DNA of 64,000 nucleotides from an uncultured delta proteobacterium. Its GTDB lineage: Bacteria; Desulfobacterota; Binatia; Binatales; Binataceae. The notes under the pieces are model-generated. The model did no database searches and had not been told where the DNA came from. It saw only the letters and a program-made list of their open reading frames with translations. Both the position numbers and the translations under genes were made by a program. The DNA lies in contig CAVVMA010000015.1 in NCBI GenBank assembly GCA_963749215.1, forward strand, positions 67,467 to 131,466, in the 5' to 3' direction. This document shows positions 1-9,289 of the stretch, in pieces (positions within the stretch are counted from its first letter, which is position 1; every line of letters starts with the position of its first letter).

Positions 1-670
1 GAGCGATCTCCGGGGCTTCGGCCTCACGGACCCCGATTCCCAATAGTCTGTCGGCCAGGGCGTCCGCCTCCTGGCGCACAGCCCGATCGCGAACTATCCG
101 CGCAGCCGAGCGCCGCAAATTTTCCACCAGCACGATTCGCAGCGTGATTGCGACCGCCCAGAGCTCGCCGATCGTCAGAGGCTGCACGCGCTGATAGGCC
201 TGCACGAATCGGCACAACATCTGCGGCTCGAAGCGGCTGTCGGTATGCGCGACGAACGCCCACGCCACCCCAAAAACGCGCGGGTAACCCTCAAACGGCC
301 CGTCCGCAAGTTTGGGCAGGCCGCGGTAAAAGCCGCGCGGGAGATCGTCGCGGATCTCGCGAATCTGTTCCTGCGCGACATAGAAGTTGTCGATCAGCCA
401 CTCGGCCGCCTGGGTGATGGCGCGTTCCTCCCGGATGGCCTTGATGGTGGCGCTGTACGCTTCGCGCAGTACCCTGCCGTTATCCCGCAGCCGTTTCGCC
501 AGATTGCGGCCCCTGCCCGGTTTGGTCGTGATGTGCTGAGCCTCAGCGAGGCTCTCGGCATGTTGCTCGAGGCGTTCGACGCTGAACAACTCGGCGCGAA
601 TCGCCTCGTCCGTATCCGGCGGGAAACCAGCCGATGCACCCCTGAGCGCGTGCAGAATGAAATTCTTCAC
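1..670 (-). CDS. Partial CDS running off the left edge: N-terminal part of an NdvB/ChvB-like cyclic beta-1,2-glucan synthase / GH94-type protein
   Basis: Absent from the ORF track because it has no stop in the window. My minus-strand translation from GTG at 670 gives VKNFILHALRG..ELFSVERLEQHAESLAEAQ..AAEWLIDNFYVAQEQIREIRDDLPRGFYRGLPKLADGPFEGYPRVFGVAWAFVAHTDSRF..LTIGELWAVAITLRIVLVENLRR and stays open to position 1. The pattern is recalled from NdvB/ChvB N-termini. Confidence 0.6.
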   Translation of the reverse strand, partial: MKNFILHALRGASAGFPPDTDEAIRAELFSVERLEQHAESLAEAQHITTKPGRGRNLAKRLRDNGRVLREAYSATIKAIREERAITQAAEWLIDNFYVAQEQIREIRDDLPRGFYRGLPKLADGPFEGYPRVFGVAWAFVAHTDSRFEPQMLCRFVQAYQRVQPLTIGELWAVAITLRIVLVENLRRSAARIVRDRAVRQEADALADRLLGIGVREAEAPEIA

Positions 671-850
671 AATAACCTTAACGAAGGCTTGCCGAAGCAG
701 TTTGGCCGAAGGTGGGTCAGGACCGAACTGCTAAAGCGCGCGAGTTCAAATCGATAACCGCGCCGCGCCTGGAGCGCGATTGCGTCAAGTCGAGCCAGAT
801 TACGCCGGCAGGGTCTTAGCCTGCCGGCGCATCGCATGACGAGGCTACAT

Positions 851-1522
851 CTATTCGACCGGAACGAGCTCGACGCGCCGGTTTTCTGCGCGCCCCTCGG
901 CCGTATCGTTCGACGCCACAAAGTGAGTCTTGCCGAAGCCGCGCGGAGTCAGGCGTCCCGCAGCGACACCGTGGTCCTGCAGGTACACCGCCACGGATGC
1001 TGCCCGTCGCTCGGAGAGTCTCTGATTGTATTCCACCTTTCCGACCGCGTCGCAGTATCCGTCTACGTAGATTGACACTCCAGGCCGTTCCTTGAGATTC
1101 GCCGCGGCTTCATCGAGCACCGGCTCATCTTCGGGACGGATATCGGATTTGTTGAAATCAAAGTGTACGCCTCTAAGCACCAGCTTCTCCATCGCCTTGG
1201 GTGGCGGCGGCGGTGGTGGAGTCGGAGCCTGTGCCACCTGAGCAGGGGGAGCAGGCGGCGGCGGTGGCTCCTGATAAGTGACCGCCGCGATGAATGCACC
1301 AATAGCCGCTCCACCAACTACCCCAGCGGGGCATCCGATCTCATAACCCTTGTCGTTCTTCCAGCCGTCGCGGTAGCCTCCAAGTGCGCAGCCTGCCGCG
1401 CCTCCGAGCAGACCACCTACTGCGGCGCCGGCCGCCAGTCGCGAGCTGGGGACGTTCGGTGAACAGCCCGAAACCATGAAAACCACCATCACGAAAAGAG
1501 AACCGAGAAACTTTGGCCGCAT
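851..1522 (-). CDS. OmpA-family lipoprotein (Pro-rich linker plus C-terminal OmpA-like peptidoglycan-binding domain)
   Basis: Lipobox MRPKFLGSLFVMVVFMVSGC. C-terminus is VHFDFNKSDIRPEDEPVLDEAA..YCDAVGKVEYNQRLSERRAASVAVYL..GFGKT..AEGRAENRRVELV. Start trimmed to the ATG at 1522. Confidence 0.85.
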   Translation of the reverse strand: MRPKFLGSLFVMVVFMVSGCSPNVPSSRLAAGAAVGGLLGGAAGCALGGYRDGWKNDKGYEIGCPAGVVGGAAIGAFIAAVTYQEPPPPPAPPAQVAQAPTPPPPPPPKAMEKLVLRGVHFDFNKSDIRPEDEPVLDEAAANLKERPGVSIYVDGYCDAVGKVEYNQRLSERRAASVAVYLQDHGVAAGRLTPRGFGKTHFVASNDTAEGRAENRRVELVPVE

Positions 1523-1535
1523 TGTGCCTGCTCCT

Positions 1536-1943
1536 TCAAGTCGAAGTCGTGACTCGTTCAGTCGGATCGGGTCCAAAAGTGCAGTGAGCAATCCTTAGTA
1601 GAGTGACCTTGCGGTTTCTTCGCGCCAGCGTGGCGGAGGCTTGGGATTCGCTACCGTGCAGGGCAAGCTCCGTCGGGTGCGCGTTCTGTATGATGTCCTT
1701 GGCCTTGGCCACTTCGGCCGCCGTGCCGTGAGCCAGGAGAATGAGCTTGTCGGCCTTGATCGCTGACTCGCATTTGACGACGCTGTCTTTAGGGATACCG
1801 ATGCTGAATAATCCCGCGCCGATCGCGGCCAACCCGTCCGTCACCACCGCACCTTCGAGAGCGCCGACAATCCACGCGACCAGAGGACCGGCTACCAACA
1901 CCGGCCCGATTCCTGGAATAGCGAAGAAGGCGGCTCCGAACAA
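1536..1943 (-). CDS. Small membrane protein with Gly-rich TM helices and a YflT / general-stress-17M-like soluble domain
   Basis: FGAAFFAIPGIGPVLVAGPLVAWIVGALEG..GLFSIGIPKDSVVKCESAIKADKLILLAHGTAAEVAKAKDIIQ. TTG start. An upstream ATG at 1967 is cut off by an in-frame TGA at 1950-1952. Confidence 0.45.
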   Translation of the reverse strand: MFGAAFFAIPGIGPVLVAGPLVAWIVGALEGAVVTDGLAAIGAGLFSIGIPKDSVVKCESAIKADKLILLAHGTAAEVAKAKDIIQNAHPTELALHGSESQASATLARRNRKVTLLRIAHCTFGPDPTERVTTST

Positions 1944-2451
1944 AAGTGCTCAAAAGCCACCCCACATGACTTGGGCTCCTTGGCTTTCAGATCGTTTTCC
2001 TCACCGAAAGTGACAGCCGCGCTGCGTCGTTTTGCGCCTTCTCAAGCGCTTGCATCGTAGTCTCGCGCATCTCGGCGAACCGCGCAACGTGCTCCGCCTG
2101 AACCGTAGGGAACTTTTCGCTATTCGGTTCCCTGGGACTTTCGCGGCGGCGGTTGCTTAATCCTTTTCGACGTCGCATAGTCCGCCAATTCTGAAATTCG
2201 GCCATTTCTTGCGCACAGCCCCAAGCAGTTCGCTTCACCTCGGCACGCCCGCGATTTCCATCCACATGCGGCCCAATCCACAGGCGCCCGTAAGATTTCG
2301 ACCGCGTCGCCGACTGCGATTTTGGTATGCCTCGATTGCGTTTGGCTCGCGGATGGTTGTCCGCCACGTTCATTTTTGCCGCCCTGGCGACTGTGTCGAT
2401 AGGCTTTTGGCATGGAGCAGGTATGGCGCGGGCGGTGGATGTATCGGGCTA

Positions 2452-2652
2452 ATCGAAATCAGCGACTATTCCGACCAGGGCATCCTGAACTTTGATCAGG
2501 CTTTCAAGCTTCCCGCCGCCAATTTGACCCGCGTCGTCTCGCCCGACTCCGACAATCCGGGTCAGAACTCCCGCACCGATGAGACCATGGGTGACATTGA
2601 GTACGCTCACGCAATCGCGCCCGGCCCGGCGATAAACGTCTACCTCACGGAT
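2452..2652 (+). pseudogene. Fragment of a sedolisin (peptidase S53)-like gene
   Basis: IEISDYSDQGILNFDQAFKLPAANLTRVV..DETMGDIEYAHAIAPGPAINVYLTD resembles the S53 pro-domain/catalytic junction (..F..fgLp...v...E..LDie.ahAiAPgA.i.vy). There is no full-length ORF. Confidence 0.35.
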
Positions 2653-2787
2653 CCGGAAGGGAAGCCTGACCGTGACCAGCAACGCCGCCAACCCGTCGCT
2701 GACTATCTCGCTCAAAGGGACGGGCAAAAGTAGCTGGCGCCCGACTTCAGGGAGGAGCGCAAAAGCTCCCGCCCCCCGCATCATGAG

Positions 2788-3721
2788 TTGACGGACGGCG
2801 CGTGCGTCGCCGCGACCAAGCGCACGCGATGCGGACTTGCTGCAACCATTGTAGCGAAAGGGACTCGGCACGATCGCCGGTGGAGAAACCAAGGCCGGAT
2901 TCGCTTCTGGAGACAGCCCAGGGGCCTCTCCAGTGCCCTTACGACTGCCGGAACCCGCGCGGCCAAAGCCGGTCGTCGATGTCGGTACTACGTGCCGCGG
3001 GATCTGGTCCGGGGTTCGGCGAAGGACGGACAACGGGGCTGGCGAATACCGGTGCGGGAGCTTGAGCGTGCGGTGATCGGCGCCGTTCGAACCGCCCTCG
3101 ACGACAGGGCATCCATCATTACCGCGCTCCAAGGGTCCGGAACCGAAATCTCGAACGTCGATTGCGTTATTGCGATTGCTTCGGACTGGCACGAGCGCCT
3201 TGCGTCCGAAACCGAAGCGCCAGCCACAATCGGCGAATTGATCCCAGGCGTGCAACTCACCGACAAGGGCCTTCGAATCGCGTTGAAGGTACCGATGCAG
3301 CCACGCGGCGAACAGCAGGGATCATCTCCGACGCTTCGCCTCTCTCATTTCGTACCGACGAAGGTTAAGCGCCGCGGCGTCGAGATGCGGATCATTGTCG
3401 ACGGGCGATTTCAGGCGCCCCCAGCAGGTCGACCCGGCGTTGCTCAAGGCAATCGCGCGCGCGCGATGCTGGTTCGAGGAGGTGGCCTCCGGCCGTACCC
3501 AATCGCTGCTGGAGATTGCGCGGCGCGAAGGGCTTCCCAACCGCTACGTCACGCGTGTCGCAAGACTGGCGTTTGTATCGCCGACGATCGCAGAGACAAT
3601 CGCCGGTGGTCGCGCGCCGGGCGCCATCAATTTGCAAATGCTGATGGACGGGCGCGTTGAGCTGCCACTCGATTGGCAGGATCGGCAACCGATGCTCCAA
3701 GAGTGCGGTCTTCAACTCTGA
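2788..3721 (+). pseudogene. Large serine recombinase, degraded (no N-terminal catalytic domain, internal frameshift)
   Basis: GRRCRYYVPRD..GWRIPVRELERAVIGAV is a zinc-ribbon-like region. After a frame change near 3400, DPALLKAIARARCWFEEVASGRTQSLLEIARREGLPNRYVTRVARLAFVSPTIAETIAGGRAP is the typical C-terminal tail of these recombinases. Confidence 0.6.
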
Positions 3722-3926
3722 ATCTATTGCGCCTCCTTACCGGTTGATCGAAGACGGAAACCACCTTGGCGAGACAGCCCAAAAAAGGCTCGGATCAAAG
3801 TTGCCAGCGAGGCGAAAAGCAGCGACAATTCCCAAGAGGCCAAGAACGTGAGGCCGCAAGCATTCGGTGGACTACGCGACCTAGAGCGCGCTTTCGCGGA
3901 ATTCGAGGAGGCGGACGGGTATCCGC

Positions 3927-4616
3927 ATGTGCGTTCCAAGTATGAAGAGAATCTGGGGTGCCATCCCATCTTCCGGGCGACTCGAATACGCCAAGTCGCT
4001 GAGCGACTTTTCCCAGATCATTGCAAAAGGTAAATTCCCGCCGCGCAGCCAGTTCGTAATCTTCTGCGCCCTCCATGTGTACGGTCTGAAAGCGCTGGAA
4101 TATTGGCACGAACTTCGAGAGCGGTACTGCAGAGGTAAGCCACGGGGATCGCATCGGACTACAGACGAGGCACTCGACCTATGGTACGCGATCGACGCGT
4201 GGCTGCAATCTTGGCTCTACAGTCCTCTCGATTGCCGGCGTCCCGAGACCGACTCTCCATCTGAATGGCTCTATTGCATCGGAAGCAACGATCCTACGCC
4301 GCACTTGCGCATGAGCCACACGTTCCTGAGACAGGCTCGAGTAGCCCTGCCGGTCAACTATGCGACGGCTCGTCGGAACCTCCTGGACGTCAAAAGCATT
4401 TTTCAGCGCTACTCGATTGTAAAAAATGGTTCGACAGTTCCCAACCTCAAGCCACTCATGTATCGATTCCCTCTCATCGGCTGGGACATCTGGCAGAGGG
4501 CAGTCTATCTGCTTACGAATGACGTGAAGCCACCTTCGCAGTTTCCCATATTCGGTTGGCGCTACCACCGAGTGCTAGATTACGTGCGGCATGGACGTCT
4601 ATTGAGTCCCGCCTAA
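3927..4616 (+). CDS. Hypothetical protein; 3' end clipped by the IS630 insertion
   Basis: 229-aa ORF in lower-GC DNA with no motif I recognise. The stop TAA (4614-4616) is created at the IS junction. Confidence 0.4.
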   Translation: MCVPSMKRIWGAIPSSGRLEYAKSLSDFSQIIAKGKFPPRSQFVIFCALHVYGLKALEYWHELRERYCRGKPRGSHRTTDEALDLWYAIDAWLQSWLYSPLDCRRPETDSPSEWLYCIGSNDPTPHLRMSHTFLRQARVALPVNYATARRNLLDVKSIFQRYSIVKNGSTVPNLKPLMYRFPLIGWDIWQRAVYLLTNDVKPPSQFPIFGWRYHRVLDYVRHGRLLSPA

Positions 4617-4649
4617 TATAGTGACATTGCTGGTGTTCTGTGTTAAGCT

Positions 4650-5671
4650 TTGGGCATGGGATTTCCAGCAGGGGTAGGCAGGGACTTCGAAGCACTGGAG
4701 CGGCGGCGCCTGCGTGCAGCGAATCTGCTCGCGAAGGGACTGAGTCAGTCGGAAGTGGCGCGCCGGGTGGGCGCCCATCGGCAGTCGGTGAGCAAGTGGG
4801 CGGCGGAGTTGCGCGTCAACGGACGCGCTGGGCTGAAGAAGGCGGGTCGAGCCGGGCGCAAGCCGCGACTGAGTGCGGAGCAGATCAACCAGCTCGAGCG
4901 CGGACTCAGACGCGGGCCGCAGGCGCTGGGGTATGAAACCAGCCTGTGGACTGCGAACCGGGTAGTCCATCTGATCGAGCAGGAATGTGGGGTGAGTTAT
5001 CATCCGGGGCATGTGTGGAAGATCCTGCGGCGGCTCGGATGGAGTTGCCAGCGACCGGCGGGCCGGGCTCTGGAGCGTGATGAGAAAGCCATCCAGCGCT
5101 GGAAGAAGGAGCGTTGGCCGGAGTTAAAAAAAAGGCCAAAAATCAGGGCCGGACGATCGTCTTCATCGACGAGAGCGGACTGAGCGAGCGGCCCCATCGC
5201 TGCCGCACCTGGGCGCCGCGGGGACAAACCCCGGTGCTGCAATATCACTTCAACTGGAAAACCCTTTCGGCGATGGCGGGGGTAACGTGGTGGAACTTTT
5301 ACTTTCGGCTCTTTCCCGGCGCCATCAAAAGTCCACAAGTGGTCGAGTTCCTGGAACATCTGATGCGCCATCTGCCGGGCCAGCTGCTGATCATCTGGGA
5401 CGGCCTGCGCAGTCATCGCAGTCGCCTGGTGTGGGACTTTGTCCGCCAACAGCGCGGACGGCTGTGGCTGGAATTTCTTCCCGCCTATGCGCCGGAACTC
5501 AATCCGGTCGAGTATCTGTGGTCGCACTGGAAACAACACGAACTCCCCAACTTCTGCCCGACCACCTTCGCGCAGTTGAGCGTGCACGCCCGTCGCGCGC
5601 TCAAGCGGATGCGCCGCAGACCCTCCCTGGTGATGGCTTTCTGGCAGCAAGCGCAACTGTTTCCCTTGTAA
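4650..5671 (+). CDS. IS630-family transposase, two ORFs joined by a -1 programmed frameshift
   Basis: OrfA carries an HTH (LSQSEVARRVGAHRQSVSKW). OrfB carries the DDE motifs (VFIDESG, IIWDGLRSH, NPVEYLW). The frames overlap at the A8 run. Confidence 0.85.
5126..5133 (+). other. A AAA AAA slippery run for the transposase -1 frameshift
   Basis: tta aaa aaa agg in the orfA frame. The orfB frame (5114..) is -1 relative to it. Confidence 0.6.
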
Positions 5672-5830
5672 GTATATTACGCGAAGCTCAATAGTTTTGG
5701 ATCCCGAAATTGAGCGGAGGGTGCTGGGAAAGCCTTCGTCCTTGCACGGACTCCTGTGGCCCACGCAGATGCAGACCTTGGGAAAGATTGTCGCGGCCAG
5801 CAGAGTGAAGTGCGCTGAGGGGCCGCCCGT

Positions 5831-5872
5831 CACTAGTGGGCGCATGCTACGACGGACTTCCGCCCACTAGTG
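5831..5872. repeat. 12-bp perfect inverted repeat around ACTAGT
   Basis: CACTAGTGGGCG (5831-5842) and CGCCCACTAGTG (5861-5872) with an 18-nt spacer. Confidence 0.6.
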
Positions 5873-6118
5873 ATCCGTCTTTCCGCGATCGTCAAGATTT
5901 CGGATGACCGGGCGAACCTTGGGGGCGCTCGACCAGGTCTTGCACTGATTCCTCACGTGGGATCGTCAGCGCTGGTGGCCCCCAAAACCCGGTCCTTTCC
6001 TGGTGATCGAAGCACTGCCGCGGCCGGTCGATGCCGGCAAAGATTGCAGCGAAGCTGAGTTCTGCCGCGGACCGAGGCTTTCGAGCGGCCGCCCCAGCCT
6101 TCCGTCGGACTCCGCACC

Positions 6119-7051
6119 ATGGATATGATCACAACCACGGCGTTGGAGGCCGAGGCGGTGAGATCTCCTATTTTTTTCCTCGAGAGAGCGATTGCAGGGT
6201 GCGCGTTCGCCATCGCACCCGAACGGCAAGAGGAACTTGCGAAACTGCGAGACAGTCACAAAATCATACTGCAACCCGTCGACGAACCACATTTCGGAAT
6301 ACGAGTCGATCCTGAAAGTGGTGTCGTGAAGCTCCCGGTAGCGTCACTCGAATATCTTTGGGTTTGTTCATATCAATATTGGGTCGTATACCAAGAAATT
6401 GTTCGCGCCCAACGAGCCGGTCAGTCGCAATTGAATTTGAGTGCCAATCCTCGGCTGCAGAGCGCGGAAACACTGTTAAAATGGGCGAGGAACAATTTGG
6501 CCGGCGATGGAAAGCGCCCTTGGCCGACTAATCTGCCCTCGCCTGCTACGCCTCACGAGCAGAACGGGGATGTGGTAAGCGTGAATGAACTTTTTCTCGT
6601 GGCGATGGCGTGGATAATTCATCACGAGATCGCTCATGTTAAACTGGGGCACAGCACGTTAACCACTGCAAGCCTCAGCATGGCCGAAGAGAAACAGGCT
6701 GATATCGCTGCGACGCGCTGGGTGTTAGACGATCTGGAACGCGATGATCCGAAGCTGCCGAAACGAGCCTTTGGAGTTGCGACAGCAATTCTGACTCTTC
6801 AAAGTCTAGAAGTAGGCGTAGCCGTGAATAGGCGTCGTACCCATCCCCCGGCTCACGAACGCTATGACCATTGTCTCGGCAGATATGAGGTAGGATCGGA
6901 CCAGCACGTAGAGGCTTTTTCAGTGGCCGTCTTGCAGGTTCTATTGGGCGAAGTAGGAATTGTCGCAAACATCGACGGGAATTCGTTTAAAGAAATCCTC
7001 TCGGATCTCCTTGTTGACAAATCTCGCCTAGACCGAGGATCGACGGTATAG
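6119..7051 (+). CDS. HExxH zinc metallopeptidase, Lit (peptidase U49)- or ImmA/IrrE-like
   Basis: WIIHHEIAHVKLGH at residues about 167-178, followed by EEKQADIAATRWVL (E..AD motif). At 310 aa with HExxH near residue 170, it fits what I recall of Lit. Confidence 0.5.
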   Translation: MDMITTTALEAEAVRSPIFFLERAIAGCAFAIAPERQEELAKLRDSHKIILQPVDEPHFGIRVDPESGVVKLPVASLEYLWVCSYQYWVVYQEIVRAQRAGQSQLNLSANPRLQSAETLLKWARNNLAGDGKRPWPTNLPSPATPHEQNGDVVSVNELFLVAMAWIIHHEIAHVKLGHSTLTTASLSMAEEKQADIAATRWVLDDLERDDPKLPKRAFGVATAILTLQSLEVGVAVNRRRTHPPAHERYDHCLGRYEVGSDQHVEAFSVAVLQVLLGEVGIVANIDGNSFKEILSDLLVDKSRLDRGSTV

Positions 7052-7202
7052 GCAGCGCCGGGTTTATAGATAATTCGCGAGTTGGTGCTTGCTCGAAAAT
7101 CTCGCGCGCCGGCTCGAACATCAGCACCCTGGCGCCGCCGCCTCGCTGCACGAGGGAGTGGAGGAGAAGCTTCTCCAGAGAATGCAGAAATCGCAGACTC
7201 GT

Positions 7203-7294
7203 TGGCGGAGAGGGGGGGATTTGAACCCCCGAGACCCTTTCGAGTCTACACGCTCTCCAGGCGTGCGCCTTAAACCGGGCTCGGCCACCTCTCC
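7203..7294 (-). tRNA. tRNA-Ser (anticodon GGA), CCA encoded
   Basis: The reverse complement is GGAGAGGTGGCCGAGCCCGGTTTAAGGCGCACGCCTGGAGAGCGTGTAGACTCGAAAGGGTCTCGGGGGTTCAAATCCCCCCCTCTCCGCCA. It has a 7-bp acceptor stem, anticodon loop CTGGAGA, a long variable arm and a GGGGG/CCCCC T-stem. Confidence 0.92.
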
Positions 7295-7393
7295 GCGTTC
7301 TCGAGCGTTTCGCGGATGAAATTCCAGTATGCCATCGGCGGCTTCGCGCGCGCCACTGGATTCGATCCGCGGTGACTCGCCGCCTGCCCGCGG

Positions 7394-9145
7394 CTAATAC
7401 CCCGACGCGCCGCCGCCTTTGCGGGGATCGAATGCTCCACGCAGGCCGCCCGGTGCGATCGTGATCGCGTCGATAGCGCCGAGCGACGGCACTGTGACTA
7501 CTCTGTATCCCATCCGCGTGAGTGCGCCGCGGGTCTGCTCGGACACTCCCGATTCCACCGCTACTACGTCTGGCGCCGCTTGCTCATGAATCCGCGGCGT
7601 ATCGACCGCCTGCACCGGGTTCAGATGAAAATCCAGGATGTCGAGCGCGACCTGCAGCACGCCGCTGATTATGGTCGGCCCGCCCGAGCCGCCGAGCGTC
7701 AGCACGGGTATCCCTTTCCTGGTCACGATTAGCGGCGTCATGCTCGATAGCGGGCGCTTGCCCGGTGCGATCTCGTTGGCCTTGGCGCCGACCAGCTTGT
7801 AAGCGTTGGGCACCCCCGGCGCGACGGCGAAATCGTCCATCTCGTCATTCATGATGATGCCGAGCCCGGTCGCCATCATCTTTGCGCCGAACGGTGTGTT
7901 GATGGTCGTGGTGAGCGAGACCACGTTACCCTCGCGATCGACCACGCTCAGATGCGCGGTGCCGTGGTCGTGCGCTGGCTCGACCGGCGGAGCGGCCGTG
8001 CGATGGAGCGCGCGCATCCGGGCGTCCTGGATATGTCCCTCCGAGAGCAGCGTGTCGATTGGCACGTGCGCAAACGCCGGGTCCGCATACTTGTCGCGAT
8101 CCAGAAAGCCTTGCCGCATCACTTCGGTGAGGCGCGCCAGATATGGCGGCGAGTCGGCGCCCAGGCCGGCGAGTTGCCCTGCCTCCAGCATCCCGAGCAT
8201 CTCCAGCACCACGCCGCCGGACGACGGCGGCGGCATCGCATAGACCTGGAATTCCCGGTACCGGCGATGGAGCGGCATCCGCCAGGCGGGCTCATATGCC
8301 GCCAGGTCGGCGTCGGAGACCAGCGCGCCGTGCGATTTCAGCCATGCCCCGAGTTGAGCGGCGATCGAACCGCGGTAGAAGTCCGCCGGATTGTCGCCGA
8401 GACGTTCCAGCGTCGCAGCGAGGTCTTTTTCCATAATCGTGTCGCCCGGCTTGCGCGGCGTGCCGTCGGGATTCAGAAACACCGCCTTGAGCCCGGGGTC
8501 GCGCGCCAGCACCGGCGCCAGGTGTTCGATCTCTTTAGCGAGATGTTCGTTGAGCGGAAATCCGTTGCGTGCAAGCTCGATCGCGGGCGCCGCGATCGCG
8601 CTGAATTTCATCGTGCCGAAACGCCCGAGCGCCGCGTGGATGCCCGCGAGCTCGCCGGGCACCGCGATTGCGCGCGGGCCGCTGCGAGCGGCTTCCTCGT
8701 CGGGATGCCCGTCGCGGATGTACATCGTCGCGCTCGCTGCGGCGGGCGCGGTCTCGCGGTAATCCAGCGCGGAGACCTCGTGCGTCCGCGCCAGATAGAT
8801 GAGCATGAAGCCGCCGCCGCCGATTCCGCACGAGCTCGAATTCGTCACGCACATCGCCAGCGCAGTCGCACACGCCGCGTCGATCGCGTTGCCGCCGCTC
8901 TCGAGAATTTTCACTCCGGCCTTCGAGGCCGGCTCGCTCTCCGACACAACCATCGCGTGGCTCGCCTGTGCCGACCAGGCGGCCGCGGCGGCCGGCGTAG
9001 CCGTTACGGGCGCGCCGGCGGGCGAAGCCGGCGCATTTGCGATCGCGGTCGGTGTCGACCCGGCCAGCGAGGCGACGGCGCAGAGCACGCAGATCAGAAA
9101 TGCGAGCGAAGAATTGGGTGGCGAGCACACCCGTTGCCGAAACAT
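7394..9145 (-). CDS. ggt: Gamma-glutamyltranspeptidase
   Basis: GGGGFMLIY, HDHGTAHLSVVDREGNVVSLTTTINTPFGA, MNDEMDDF, SSMTP. Signal peptide starts at the internal ATG 9145. Confidence 0.9.
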   Translation of the reverse strand: MFRQRVCSPPNSSLAFLICVLCAVASLAGSTPTAIANAPASPAGAPVTATPAAAAAWSAQASHAMVVSESEPASKAGVKILESGGNAIDAACATALAMCVTNSSSCGIGGGGFMLIYLARTHEVSALDYRETAPAAASATMYIRDGHPDEEAARSGPRAIAVPGELAGIHAALGRFGTMKFSAIAAPAIELARNGFPLNEHLAKEIEHLAPVLARDPGLKAVFLNPDGTPRKPGDTIMEKDLAATLERLGDNPADFYRGSIAAQLGAWLKSHGALVSDADLAAYEPAWRMPLHRRYREFQVYAMPPPSSGGVVLEMLGMLEAGQLAGLGADSPPYLARLTEVMRQGFLDRDKYADPAFAHVPIDTLLSEGHIQDARMRALHRTAAPPVEPAHDHGTAHLSVVDREGNVVSLTTTINTPFGAKMMATGLGIIMNDEMDDFAVAPGVPNAYKLVGAKANEIAPGKRPLSSMTPLIVTRKGIPVLTLGGSGGPTIISGVLQVALDILDFHLNPVQAVDTPRIHEQAAPDVVAVESGVSEQTRGALTRMGYRVVTVPSLGAIDAITIAPGGLRGAFDPRKGGGASGY

Positions 9146-9289
9146 GAGAGGGTTTACTAACAGCCGCCGCGAGCGAAAGAAAGCCGGCCGAGCGGCGCGC
9201 CCGATCGGGGATGCATTAGATTTCCACGCCGCCACGTGCTTTGATCGAGCCGTTCAGACGGTTCACGCCGGCAATTTACGGAGGCTTCA

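Larger units (their letters stand above)
4616..5677 (+). mobile_element. IS630-family insertion sequence, apparently intact
   Basis: Terminal inverted repeats are ATATAGTGACA (4616-4626) and TGTAAGTATAT (5667-5677), matching 9/11. It is flanked by TA at 4614-4615 and 5678-5679, the IS630/Tc1 target duplication. It encodes a two-frame DDE transposase. Confidence 0.85.

Noticed and set aside
1950-1952. An in-frame TGA between an upstream ATG (1967) and the membrane-protein ORF; a possible selenocysteine or readthrough site
   Set aside because: There is no SECIS-like context that I can see. Only 5 codons would be added, and a TTG start at 1943 explains the gene.
1987-2413. Two overlapping minus-strand ORFs (128 and 97 aa) downstream of the membrane protein
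   Set aside because: They may include a real small gene (a helical C-terminus ..FPTVQAEHVARFAEMRETTMQALEKAQNDAARL). I cannot choose a frame or a family, so no feature was called.
2449-3255. A 268-aa minus-strand ORF across the recombinase remnant
   Set aside because: The plus strand carries the recognisable S53 and serine-recombinase fragments. The minus product has no motifs.
5000-5845. A 281-aa ORF antisense to the IS630 transposase
   Set aside because: It overlaps the well-supported transposase frames and has no recognisable features.
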